A program made the position numbers and the translations under genes. A model generated the notes under the pieces. It saw only the letters and a list, made by a program, of their open reading frames with translations. It did not search any database and was not told where the DNA came from. Of a stretch of 64,000 nucleotides of DNA, positions 52,661-64,000 are shown in pieces. Within the stretch, counting starts at the first letter, position 1, and every line of letters begins with the position of its first letter. Origin of the DNA: Okamejei kenojei (Eukaryota). The stretch spans positions 54,126,001 to 54,190,000 of the forward strand of contig CM069140.1 in assembly GCA_035221665.1 (NCBI GenBank), read 5' to 3'.

Positions 52661-53079
52661 TAAGAAGGAACTGCAGATGCTGGAAAATCGAAGGCAGACA
52701 AAAATGCTGGAGAAACTCAGCGGTTGATGCAGCATCTATGATGGCCTTCTATGATGTAAATCTTCTGTGACATTAGGCTATACATTGAATTAAAGAACAA
52801 AAAATGGCACAGAAACATTGTTGGGAATGTATTAAAGATCTCTGAGGGAAAGAGAACAAATTTGTAAGCACATTTCTGACACGTAAAAGTGCTAAAGCAG
52901 TAATAATTGTTTTGCTGTCCTTAATAGTAACAGAGATAGAGTTGGTATAAATAAATATGATTGAGAGCATGCATTCCGGAGTTTTTAAATAATTGATAAA
53001 CAGTAAACTGAATCATGGCTATGGGGGGGGGGGGGATTTGATTTGGTGAATATAAAATGCTGGAAATATTTGGCATGTT
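52661..53079. repeat. Penelope terminus (52661-52740) fused to a direct copy (52741-53079) of 49603-49945
   Basis: Colinear high similarity over ~340 bp. The unit sits inside an old CR1. Confidence 0.9.
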
Positions 53080-53805
53080 GGATTTAGAATGGGTTGAGGA
53101 TACACTTAGACTAAGTAAATGAGAAACAAAAAGTTAAGTGGAATATTATGTTGAAAAATGTGGTGCATTTGTTTTAAATATTAAGAAATGTAATGATAGT
53201 AGTTCAAAAGGACTTGGGTATTCTTACGTATGTTATTAAAGGTTAAAGTGTACACAAATGTTATGAGTATTGTGAAATTTGAGTATAAGAGTAAGAATGT
53301 CTTCAGTACAATTGTCAACACGGATTATTAAAAGTACCAGGATAGGTCAATAATGAGATTTTTAAAAACCAGATGGGTTCTTTGTTTATTTTATTCTTGC
53401 ATCCATGCAGGAGGCCATGAGTCGCATAGCCTCTCTCCTAATTTTCTGCACCTTTTAACTTATTCTCTCTCGAATATGTTCATCAAATCCCCCAACATTA
53501 TTTTTCCATTAACCTACACTAATGGGGACTTCACAGTCACCGATTAACCTAACAGCATGTCTTTAGGATGTATGAGCACACAAAGGAAGCCGAATGGTTA
53601 ATGGAGGAGCATGCAGACTTTACTTGGACAGCACCCAAAGTGAGGATTAAACCCGGGTCCCTGAAATACTGAACCCTAAAAATCTGAGGCATAGAATATA
53701 AAACTTAGAGAGATTTTGGTAGAACAGCAAATAATGGTAATTAGGCCATGACTGAGTTATTGTTTACAGTTCAAACACAATGTTGTAGGAACGATGTGAT
53801 TACAA

Positions 53806-54363
53806 TTCAGAGGATGCATTTATGAGGATATTGCCCGGGCAATAGCTTTAGAGAGCCGACGAGCGATCACCCCATATGATAATGCTATCCTTCACACTAT
53901 GGACAATTTATAATTTTATCCAAGCCAATTCACCTGTAGTCAGGATCGACCCCGGTTCTCTGGCACTGAAAGGCAGCAACTCTACTGCTGTCCTAACTCT
54001 GAAGAAAGGTTGGCTAAAATTTAGGTTATTTTCTCTGGAGCACTGAGGAGCCTTATTTCTACTGGCACAGACTTGATGGTCTGAATGGTTGTCTTCTTGT
54101 CATGATTTTCTTTCATTCTTTCTATGACTTTTATTTGTTTACCTGTACTCATTTGAGTATTCTGACAACAAGTCAGAAACTTATGATAATTATAAAGTTA
54201 GATTACTGATTATACAAGAATGAGAAATGAGGGAAAGTAGAATTACTTACATTTTATAATCATAATATACAGTGTGAAGGATAGCGTTAGCATATGGGGT
54301 GATCGCTCGTCGGCTCTCTAAAGCTATTGCCCGGGCAATATCCTCATAAATGCATCCTCTGAA
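53806..54363. repeat. 93-bp inverted duplication (53806-53898 / 54271-54363)
   Basis: Two mismatches. The copy spans a CR1/SINE junction and the palindrome tattgcccgggcaata. Confidence 0.92.
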
Positions 54364-55042
54364 ATAAAAACAGAAAATACTTAGCAGCTCAAGCAGTACA
54401 CAGTACGGGGGGGGGGGGGGGGGGAGGAAGGAAGGGAGGGAAGGGCGAGAGAGGGATAATGTCAGATCAATGGCCTATCAATTCTGATGATGTATGATAT
54501 CATAACCTAATTCTGGCTACTGCCGCTTAATATGTATTTACATTTCCGTTGAATTCAAGATAATTTTAATTTCAAAATACTCCTGCAAAGATTTTTTTCT
54601 CGTCATACTTTATATTCACGAGATTCTGTGATTCTTTAAAGTTATGCCAACTTGCAAGGTCAGTCAAAGGGGTGGTCAGGAAGGGGTTGTGCATGCTGTA
54701 CAAATAGCAGTTTTCACTGTTTAATGGATGTTGATGTTTTGGTAATCATAATTTAATATACAAAATTTCTTGCTGCATCGGGCACCAACATTTTTCTTGC
54801 TTCCCCTTCTATTGCCTGAATAAGTTACGAAACATATCAGCTGCAGCATAATGGGTGCCTGCCTGCAGTAAGGTATGAACAGCATTTAGATACTGGCTTA
54901 TAAGTGCAAGTTACATTTGCACTGCAAAAGTGACAGGGAATGACCATTTCCTTTTAACATGACCCTGTTAATATTCAACAATATTCCCCTTCCAACAACC
55001 TTCTCTCCAGGTCACAATTGTCCAAAAATGTAAGAGTAATGG

Positions 55043-56357
55043 AGAGATGAAAACAGGCTCTTCAGTCTGTCCAATAACAACCACCCATTTACACTGGTAC
55101 CGTAACTTAATTTTTTATTCTCTGCATGTTTTCGTCAACTCCTCTGATTTCACCACTTACTAACAAACTAGAACAATTTACACTGGTCAATTAACCCTCT
55201 CAGGCTTGACATGTCGGAGGAAGCCAAAGCAACTGGAGGACACTCCATACGGGTGGCACGGTGGAGCAGCGGTAGAGTTGCTGCCTTATGGGTCTGTCCC
55301 ACTTAGGTGACTGCAGGAGACTGTGCAGTCGCCACATGTTTGCGAGTGGTTGCCGGGGAGTCGCCTTCATGGTCGTGAGAAGTTCCTGCATTCTGGGAAC
55401 TAGTCGCGGCCTCATTATAGTCACCGCAAATTTTTCAAGATGTCAAAAAATTAGCGGCGACTAGAATGAAGCCGCCATGGAGAGTAGCGAGTATTCTCGT
55501 GCCGCAGGTGGGTCGCCAGGAGGTCCTAATGGGTTGCCAGGAGGTCGAAGGTTCTCGTAGCCAGTGCTGACCGGTGAATTTCATTGGGGAAAAAAAACCG
55601 TAAGCACTAGTTTTCAGAACCAAGGATAACCGACCAGTAATGTTAAATGTCCGCTGAGCTTCACTGTCATGTATCTCTGCCTTCTTAAACGTTGTCTCCC
55701 CCCCCCCCCTTAAAGGACTTACCATACATTGTACTTTTGCCGTCTTAATTACAGTGCCAACCTTCCTGTTCATCGCGGTGTGTGTGTTTGTATCGCATTG
55801 GCTTTGCATTGTGTGAATTTCACTCAGACAGTGCTCCCCCTGCTTGCATGTCTCCCATCTTACATAACAGGCTGGTGAAGGAAGCGATGTGTGTGTGTTC
55901 CACTCTGACAGTCGCCATTCCAGTTGCCAATTTTTCAGGCGACTGCCGGCATCTTGGCAGTCGCCTGAAAAATCACCCAAGTGGGACAGGCCCATTATAG
56001 CGTCGGGGAGACTGGTTCGATCCTGACTACGGGTGCTATCTGTATGTTATCTCCGTGACTGGGTGGGTTTTCTCCTGGTGCTGGTCTCCACACTCCGAAG
56101 ACCTACAGGTTTGTAGGTTAATTGTCTTTGGTAAAAATTGTAAATTGTCCCGCGTGTAGGATAGTGCCAGTGTATGGGAACCGCTGCTCGGCACGGACTT
56201 GGTGGCCCGAAGGGCCTGTTTCCGTGCAGTATCTCTACACTAAAAAAACTAAAAGATGTTCACATAGAGAACAAGCAAACTCCACTTCCTGCGGTCAGAA
56301 TTGAATCTGGGCCTCTGGCACTGTGAGGAAAATGGTTGATTATTTGCCATTGTGCTG
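55043..56357. mobile_element. Minus-strand HE1 SINE split by a plus-strand HE1 SINE (55251-56253)
   Basis: The outer SINE resumes at ~56254 (cacatagagaacaagcaaactccac). The inner SINE has a head and a ctaaa tail. Confidence 0.8.
55289..55994. mobile_element. PIF/Harbinger-type non-autonomous element (MITE, 706 bp)
   Basis: TIRs tgggtctgtcccacttaggtga / tcacccaagtgggacaggccca. TTA duplicated at 55286-55288 and 55995-55997. It cleanly interrupts the SINE head. Confidence 0.88.
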
Positions 56358-56599
56358 TTTGCTTAACAGGATGTCAGCTAAATGCCATGTCTGCCGGAGT
56401 TGATCTTTGTAAAGTAACTAATCGCACAGCTCTCCACAATCTACAAGGTACAAATCTATGATAGAATTTCCTTTATTTGCTCATCGAGTATAGCTTCAGC
56501 ATTACTTGGATTTCAACAACATCCAAACCAAAGATTTCGATGAATATCTTAGTGCAGTATGCAAAGGTAACCCTGTGCTTTTAGTCACCTGCCACTTTA

Positions 56600-56935
56600 A
56601 CTCTATCCTTTTCTCATTCTGTCTTTAGGTTCCAATTGTTCTGACTATTGTCCAAATGTAAGCTCACAAAACAGCATCTCATCTTTCATCTGGGCACATT
56701 ACAGCTCTCAAGGCTTACTATGGAATTGCAGAAAATCACACTTCTATATCTCTCACTGTAGCTGTTGTTTTTTTTTTTTAATGTGATTATTACCTTGAAG
56801 GTTTGGACTGTGCCACATTCACTTTTTTCCTCTATCTATTCCCCTCTCTGTAACCTAAAATACTACATTTCTCATTTTTCCAGTTCTACCATGCTACCCT
56901 CTAATAATAAAGATCTATAATTTGATCTTGAAAAA
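56600..56935 (+). mobile_element. Old Penelope-like 3' fragment
   Basis: cagcatctcatctttcatctgggcacattacag encodes the QHLIFxLGTLQ C-terminal motif. Confidence 0.6.
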
Positions 56936-57009
56936 TGTGACTTTTGATGGTGCCATGTCTCAATCAAAGGTTGCCATCAAAGATGAGGCTGCCAGTGCCT
57001 TTCCCATCT

Positions 57010-57720
57010 GGGGAAAGCCATGCTTTAAGTTCAAGACCTAATATCCAGCAGAAAACCTATGGTCTTCTGGGCATTGGAGCTCTCAGCCCTCCAACACACA
57101 TCAGAGACATGAGCTACATGTGACAGCCTCCTCAGCATTGGGGAAATACCACCCAAACTGTTTATGCTGAAACCTGGACATCCATTGGCAGGATAAACAA
57201 ACAAAGGCTGCATCTCTACTTTGGCTTTGGCCAGACCATATTGTCCGCATGTCTGACACCAGACTCCTGAAAAAGATACTCATGAGTTATTTCATGGTGG
57301 ATGGGGGGGAAAGATTTATATTTGTTCCCAAAGCCTCCTGTGAAAGTGTAATATCTCCATTGATATGTGGGAATTCCTGCCCAACGGTCACACAAAATAG
57401 TGAAGGAAAATTTGGAATGGCATTGAAAATGTCCAATCTATTTCTTGGGCGTGTACGGAAAAGCCATAGTAAACCTTGGAAAGAATGATGGACACCGTGT
57501 GCTGGAGTAACTCAGTGGGCCATGCAACATTTTTGGGGAAAAAAGGATCGGTAACGTTATGGGTCGGGACCCTTCTTCAGACATTCAGATAGAATGCACC
57601 ATCTCCCAACCTGTGACAGAATATTCTAGTTCTTAATTGGTCTAATTAGCCGCCTCTAAATCAATTGAACCGGAATGGAGCAAATCTCTTTGATCCCAAG
57701 GGACTGCCTAGGAAGAGGAT
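57010..57720 (+). mobile_element. Old RTE-clade LINE 3' part, interrupted by a minus-strand Penelope pLTR (~57491-57583)
   Basis: Frames give IHWQDK..., HIVRMSDTRL.KKIL. The pLTR reads gggtcgggacccttcttcagac. Confidence 0.7.
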
Positions 57721-58234
57721 GAAAAGAAAAAAGTGAAAGTCACAACATCGCTGCCCTAACTCACCTTTCCATAAATCCAGTTTTAAATGATTTCTTTTTT
57801 GCCTGCTATCAGTTCACTTTAGTAAAGTTCAAAGCATGCAATTATACCTCAGTGCATTGCAAGCTGTAGTATGGAATATGTTGAGGCCCCTTGTCTCTCA
57901 GTTGCAGGATGGTAGGGTCAATAACACACCAAAGAAGGATTTAACACTCTATTGCCACTGTCATTTACACTTTTTGTAAAATATTAATACCACAGATCAG
58001 GGTCTGATTTTACACACTTTTAAAGGCATTACGTTTTAAGAATCTTTTGAACCAAAACGTGCAGATATCCAGCCTTTTCCAATTCTATCCCTTTAATGTT
58101 GTCACATTGAAAGGAAGCAAGGCATAGTATTTACATTGAATCTTTTCTTGTGTACGATAATGGATTAAGTACTTTTGAAGTGTTTTTGGTGTTGCCTTGC
58201 AGGTAAAAAAACAGCCAGGTAGCTACAAAGAACA

Positions 58235-58405
58235 AGTTGTTTTATTGGTGATGGTGTGGAGTTAATACTGGAGGGACAATTACACTGATTCCCTGCTCTT
58301 TGAATAATGAATTGGTATTGTTTACATCCATCTGAATAGCCTGAGAGGCATTTATTTTAATTCACAGCTCAACTCTTCTAACAGTGTAGCATCTATATAG
58401 TGAGA
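58235..58405 (-). mobile_element. DeuSINE-like relic (SacSINE/AmnSINE-related)
   Basis: ttccctgctctttgaataatg...tttacatccatctga...acagtgtagca resembles the reverse Deu-domain from memory. Confidence 0.5.
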
Positions 58406-60922
58406 ATTTTGAGATGAATAGAATCAGTGGTCTTTAGATGTGAGAATCCTATTATTGAAGCATAGCTGACTTTGTGTTGGCTTATTTTTGCATGGTGTAT
58501 GGCTGAATGGAATACTGGGTTGGTTTGGTTCCAATGCTGTTAGTTTGCTGCCCTTCATTGTATAGTAATGGAGATGCCCTGGGCACAAGCCTAGTTGTTC
58601 ACCAGAGAAAAAGAAAGAAACGCTCGGGCAGATGACTCTTCGTTGGTTCGTGTCACAGAAATATTTGCAACAGATCTGCATCAGAGGTGGAGTTTAAATG
58701 TCTGGATATCTCGTCACTATCTAGATGCATACAATGTGTCGACTGTTAAATCTTCAATGCATCTCAGCATTTTATAACCACTTTTCACAATTTGGCTCAC
58801 CCCAATTACATCTTGTGACTCAAGGGCTACAAGGTTGATGAGGGCAACCTTCTTACCATCTACGATATGTCAATTGACACGATTCTGTCTGCATCTTGTC
58901 ATTCCTTTGGGTTCATATCAATAACACATTTCCTAATTAACCACAAAGGGTACATCAGTTTGTTTGTGCAGATATCCCCTGAGACAAATGGATATTCTTA
59001 ATGTTTTGCAAATGGGGAACTGTTTTGCAGTATTTCTGGGTAACCATAGGGATGGTCAGTAAAATGGTAGGGGTTCTGGCAAGGGCATGAAACTTGTGGG
59101 GTTGGCATACAGCTGAGGGTGAAGACATTTTGTTACATTAGCTGTGTTGCAGTAGACTGTTTGAAAAACCTGATATGCAGAAAACATTTGCTATTATGTT
59201 AATTCATTTATATTTTGCTGCAGCCTTTGCCTTCATTAGCACAAAGTAGCAGAGGAATTGGTTTCATTAAATTGTAGTATACCTGGGAAATAATGCTTTC
59301 TTGTACGGAATGGTGGGTACTCTTATTGCTTTGAGGTATATGTTATAGTTTCACTTTGAATTGATCTGTTTCATTCTGGGTGTGAGAATTTATTTGGATA
59401 TATTTATAGTAAAAAGGTTCCTGATGATTAATGCATCACTGCCTATTGATTTTTTTAAAGTAATTTGTTCCATTGGTGAACAGTGATGAAAATATCAGTG
59501 AACTAAGTTTGCAAGACTAGTACTGTCAGTTAGGAAATGCCAAAATAATGTACTTCAACCATACTTATGAAGTGATATTTAGGTCAGATTCTGGTCATTA
59601 CTTTGGCTGATGATTAATGCATTCTTTAAAATAAGCTCTTAATTTGCTCTGTTTTATAGTTACAGGGTATGGTCCTGTAATGGCCACATTTTCTTTATTC
59701 GGGATCCTGGAAACTGTTAGCTTATTATCTTAATCCCTCTTCCCAAGAACACATGCAACAATATTCTATTGGCATTTTCAGGCAGGGTCTTCAGCAAAAT
59801 AATACCCACCTGAAAAATACAAATTCTTTCGACTGAAAATAAAAAAAAATAAGGTGTTGATTTTAGACCAGCAAGTAAATACTGGGCTATACTTGGCAGA
59901 ATAGTTTTTAAATGTGGAGTGGGAACTCTTTACAACTGTTCCACCTTTCAAGACTACTGTAGAACATTAAGAGGGTCCCAGTTTGCCATTTTATCTGTGA
60001 GATGGTAGCTGCAATCTTTTCAGTTTAATGTCCTCGATTATGTACACATCCATAAATTTATGCTTCAACTGGAAGGAAAAAGTGTAACTACTAAGCCAAA
60101 TCCACAAGTTTATGGGAAATTCTCCTTTGTACTAATACCTATTTGCTAATCAAAGTTTCTAAAAATTGTCTTTCATTACATTTAGTGGGGCCACATCGGT
60201 GTGCAAATTCGGTTGCTGCATCTTCCAGCATCTCACATATGACTACACTGCAGAAGCACTAGAATGGCGTTTCTGCAACATTGCCTATATTCATCGTGAG
60301 GAAAAGCAAATCACTGTCAGTGTTCTCTCCCAGGCTCCACTCCAATAGAGTGTTTGTTGGGGGATAAAGTGAAGCATTGCAGTGGAAAAACACTGAAAAG
60401 AGCTTTGGGGAATGACACACCACTGATTCTGTACTGAAATTGGGTCCTTCATGTACCTCACTGGTTAAGATCACATCTTGCTGTTCACCATGAATGACTC
60501 CAGGCAACCACATTCCCAAAATGTAACTTTTGTACACTGCAAATGCTGTCATCGTGGAGCTGTAGAAGCAAGTGGTAAGGAGAAAACCATTCATTGTGTA
60601 TGTGCTAACTGAAGAGGAGCTTCAAACTCGTAAGAACTATCTACCTTGGTTCCATTTTTGTAGTTTATATGCAAGCCTTCTACAACTTTGCACAAAATTT
60701 GCATTTTAGTATATTTTAAATATGACAAATGTTCCTGTGGAATATTAATTACAGAATCTGAATTACATATTTGAATGAGATATTGTTGTATATTAAAAGT
60801 AAACAGAAAGCCACAGTGCAGATATGGTGAGAGATCTGAGAGATGATGTGAAGATTCCAAGTTGATCTTCCTTTTCTGGAGTTTAGCCTGTGTGTGTTTA
60901 AACTGAGGTTTTTGTTAACGCT

Positions 60923-62170
60923 TTTAGTAGCGTGGATAAGGGAGAACCAGCGGATGTGGTATATCTGGACTTCCAGAAGGCTTTCGACAAGGTCCCACAT
61001 AAGAGATTAGTATACAAACTTAAAGCATACGGTATTAGGGGTTCAGTATTGATGTGGATAGAGAACTGGCTGGCAAACAGGAAGCAAAGAGTAGGAGTAA
61101 ACGGGTCCTTTTCACAATGGCAGGCAGTAACTAGTGGGGTACCGCAGGGCTCAGTGCTGGGACCCCAGCTATTTACAATATATATTAATGATCTGGATGA
61201 GGGAATTGAAGGCAATATCTCCAAGTTTGCGGATGACACTAAGCTGGGGGGCAGTGTTCGCTGTGAGGAGGATGCTAGGAGACTGCAGGGTGACTTGGAT
61301 AGGCTGGGTGAGTGGGCAAATGTTTGGCAGATGCAGTATAATGTGGATAAATGTGAGGTTATCCACTTTGGTGGGCAAAAACAGGAAAGCGGACTATTAT
61401 TTTAAATGGTGGCCGATTGGGAAAAGGGGAGATTGCAGCGAGACCTGGGTGTCATGGTACACCAGTCATTGAAAGTAGGCATGCAGGTGCAGCAGGCAGT
61501 GAAAAAAGCGAATGGTATGTTAGCTTTCATAGCAAAAGGATTTGAGTACAGGAGCAGGGAGGTTCTACTTCAGTTGTACAGGGTCTTGGTGAGACCACAC
61601 CTGGAGTATTGCGTGCAGTTTTGGTCTCCAAATCTGAGGAAGGACATTATTGCCATAGAGGGAGTGCAGAGAAGGTTCACCAGACTGATTCCTGGGATGT
61701 CAGGACTGTCTTATGAAGAAAGACTGGATAGACTCGGTTTATACTCTCTGGAATTTAGGAGATTAAGAGGGGATCTTATAGAAACTTACAAAATTCTTAA
61801 GGGGTTGGACAGGCTAGATGCAGGAAGATTGTTCCCGATGTTGGGGAAGTCCAGGACAAGGGGTCACAGCTTAAGGATAAGGGGGAAATCCTTTAAGACC
61901 GAGATGTGAAAGACTTTCTTCACACAGAGAGTGGTGAGTCTCTGGAACTCTCTGCCACAGAGGGTAGTTGAGGCCAGTTCATTGGCTATATTTAAGAGTG
62001 AGTTGGATGTGGCCCTTGTGGCTAAGGGGATCAGAGGGTATGGAGAGAAGGCAGGTACGGGATACTGAGTTGGATGATCAGCCATGATCATATTGAATGG
62101 CGGTGCAGGCTCGAAGGGCTGAATGGCCTCCTCCTGCACCTAATTTCTATGTTTCTATGTTTCTATGTTT
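60923..62170 (+). mobile_element. Young CR1 LINE, 5'-truncated RT pseudogene
   Basis: [41 protein letters not shown]. Indels near 61375-61400, stop at 61907, (tttctatg)n tail. Confidence 0.96.
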
Positions 62171-64000
62171 TATAACTAAACACTGCACGTGATTTGGCTG
62201 AGCCTCATGAATCTTTTTTCTTTTAAATGCCCAGTAGCTAATTGCATCAGCAGAGCTGTTTGCAAACAAAGCTCTGGCAAATGGTGCACATGTAGCCTTT
62301 CACCATCATGATTTTTCATTGTGCCCTTTCTGTCGTAGTATTTCTATACATGTGGTGTTAACTTCCCTTACTTGTTCCAGAGAGATTAGCAGATGAGACT
62401 TCTTATCCTCCATATGAAGGCAAAGTGACTTTGTCAGTCTGTATATTTTGCATATTAAAAGGCCATTTTCTGTGTTCAGTCAGGTGTGTCAATATGGAAT
62501 CTCTGTTGTGACTATTAACTTGACCCTAATCAGAATTTATCCAATTAAATGCAACGGTGTCTTTCACATGGGATTGCTGAACATTGTCGCCAAAATGCAT
62601 ACGTTGCTTAAAAATTGATGAGCTGTTTCATTTTTGGTGGTATATATTAGGTTTTTTTTTATCCTCTTGAATTCACATTTTGAGCATTTATTGTTCCTAG
62701 AATATGGTTTTGTTTTAAGATGATGAAAACCCAGTTTAATTTTGATATTTAAAAATGCACTTACCACAAATGTGAATTAGACTAGATAATATTCAATTCC
62801 CTGTGAAAATTCCTAACTGATAAAGCTTAACATACTGTACAATATGTTTAGCATTGATGTTAAGTTAAAAAGCACTGTGCACGTGCTTTCCAAATTTTCC
62901 AATAAGGCATTCAATAGAATAAGCTTGTTCAGTACAATAAGATTTCTTGTGGCAGTCTCAAAACCAAAACTCTACGATTGGTGTACATGGACATGACATA
63001 GCAATAATAGAATGCTGTAGGTATTAGAAAAGTACAGGTAATCTTTCCAATGGCATTTATTATTTGGACACGCCATACCATATATTCTAATTCTTAACCC
63101 TGTAGAATCATTAATTAGTTAAAGCAGCGTAAGAGACCATTCAGTCTATTGTGGTGGTATTGGCTCTTGTGGAACAATGCAGTCATTCTCATTCCCTTGC
63201 TCTTTATTGCGGTGCCTCAAGTATTTAACTAGTTCCCTTTCAAGACCCCCGATTCTGAATTTTGTTTCCATCATCTTGACAAATATTGAAGTGCAGATCC
63301 TGCACATAAAGGAATTACCTGCACTGGACAGATGAAGCAGGGGTTGGTCTGGCCCAGTGTGATGGTGTTACTTCTGTCCAGTGCTGCAGGCTGCATTAGA
63401 TTTACTCGCTAACCCAGCTGCTACAGCGCTTGTAGCCACTGCACGACCTGCAACTATTCGCAAACGACCCATCCATTGCCTAGGGCAGCCACCCCTCCGC
63501 TTTCTTGCACCGAGGTCACTTCCCGAGCTGATCACAGAACTTTAGAGTGCTTTCTGTAGGCGTGAGAGATGAGCTTATGGAACATTCACAGCTGCTGACT
63601 TTTCCCTTCACCTTTTGCCGCCGCCATCCATTATTGTCTGAATTCTGTTTGTAAGCCATGTGGTGATTCTACAATTGACCCGATGAACATATAATTCACT
63701 TTCAGGAATTTCTTTCAATTAGAGATCTTGATCTTCAGATAGCCAAATATAGTTTGAACAAAGTGTAATTTGGAATCAAATTGTCACTTCAGTTGCTATA
63801 ACCAATCTTGGCTTCCATCCCGAATTATATCATCATAAAGCTGACATTAAATGATAACTTTATAAGTGCTATGGAGCCTACCTGATTTATTATTGTCATG
63901 GCCTCTTGCAAAATCTAGAAGGTTAATTCAGATTTATTGGTAAACTATATTGGTTCTGAAGGTAGATAACATTCATAAAATAAAATCTGAAGGAAGCCGT

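Noticed and set aside
55435-55995. 186-aa ORF as the MITE's transposase
   Set aside because: No recognisable DDE or Myb/SANT features. It is likely a chance ORF in GC-rich DNA.
3668-56253. A/B-box motifs as tRNA genes
   Set aside because: Each continues into a SINE body and tail, with no full cloverleaf.
12520-57583. Recurrent gctggagtaactcagc-type repeats as a CRISPR array
   Set aside because: They are dispersed, in both orientations, without regular spacers, and are Penelope termini in a eukaryote.

Overview
AT-rich vertebrate genomic DNA. The repeat content (HE1/V-SINE-type SINEs, CR1, L2, Rex1/Babar, RTE and Penelope-like elements) points to a cartilaginous fish, probably a skate or ray (inference). 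The window appears to lie inside the RNF220 E3-ligase gene on the + strand. Two coding exons are recognisable: 37203-37298 (SVLLSAPIKREGESPTASPLSADDTHHSDRYQ) and 42768-42810 (TFLRVRSNRQARLN). The rest is intron with nested transposon fragments and several TE-free blocks that look like conserved enhancers. Main signals: (1) a CpG-rich candidate internal promoter with a strong-Kozak 17-codon first exon that splices in frame to the 43-nt exon, predicting an N-truncated RNF220; (2) about 11 Penelope termini carrying a minimal hammerhead ribozyme motif, some as miniature head-to-head inverted pairs, with intact cores only antisense to RNF220; (3) locally templated duplications and inversions, one fused to a Penelope end and one just downstream of the 43-nt exon; (4) three- and four-level TE nests, including a Harbinger-type MITE. 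I see no prokaryotic system, CRISPR array, tRNA gene or rRNA gene. All family and gene calls are from recognition by eye, not database searches, and TE boundaries are approximate.
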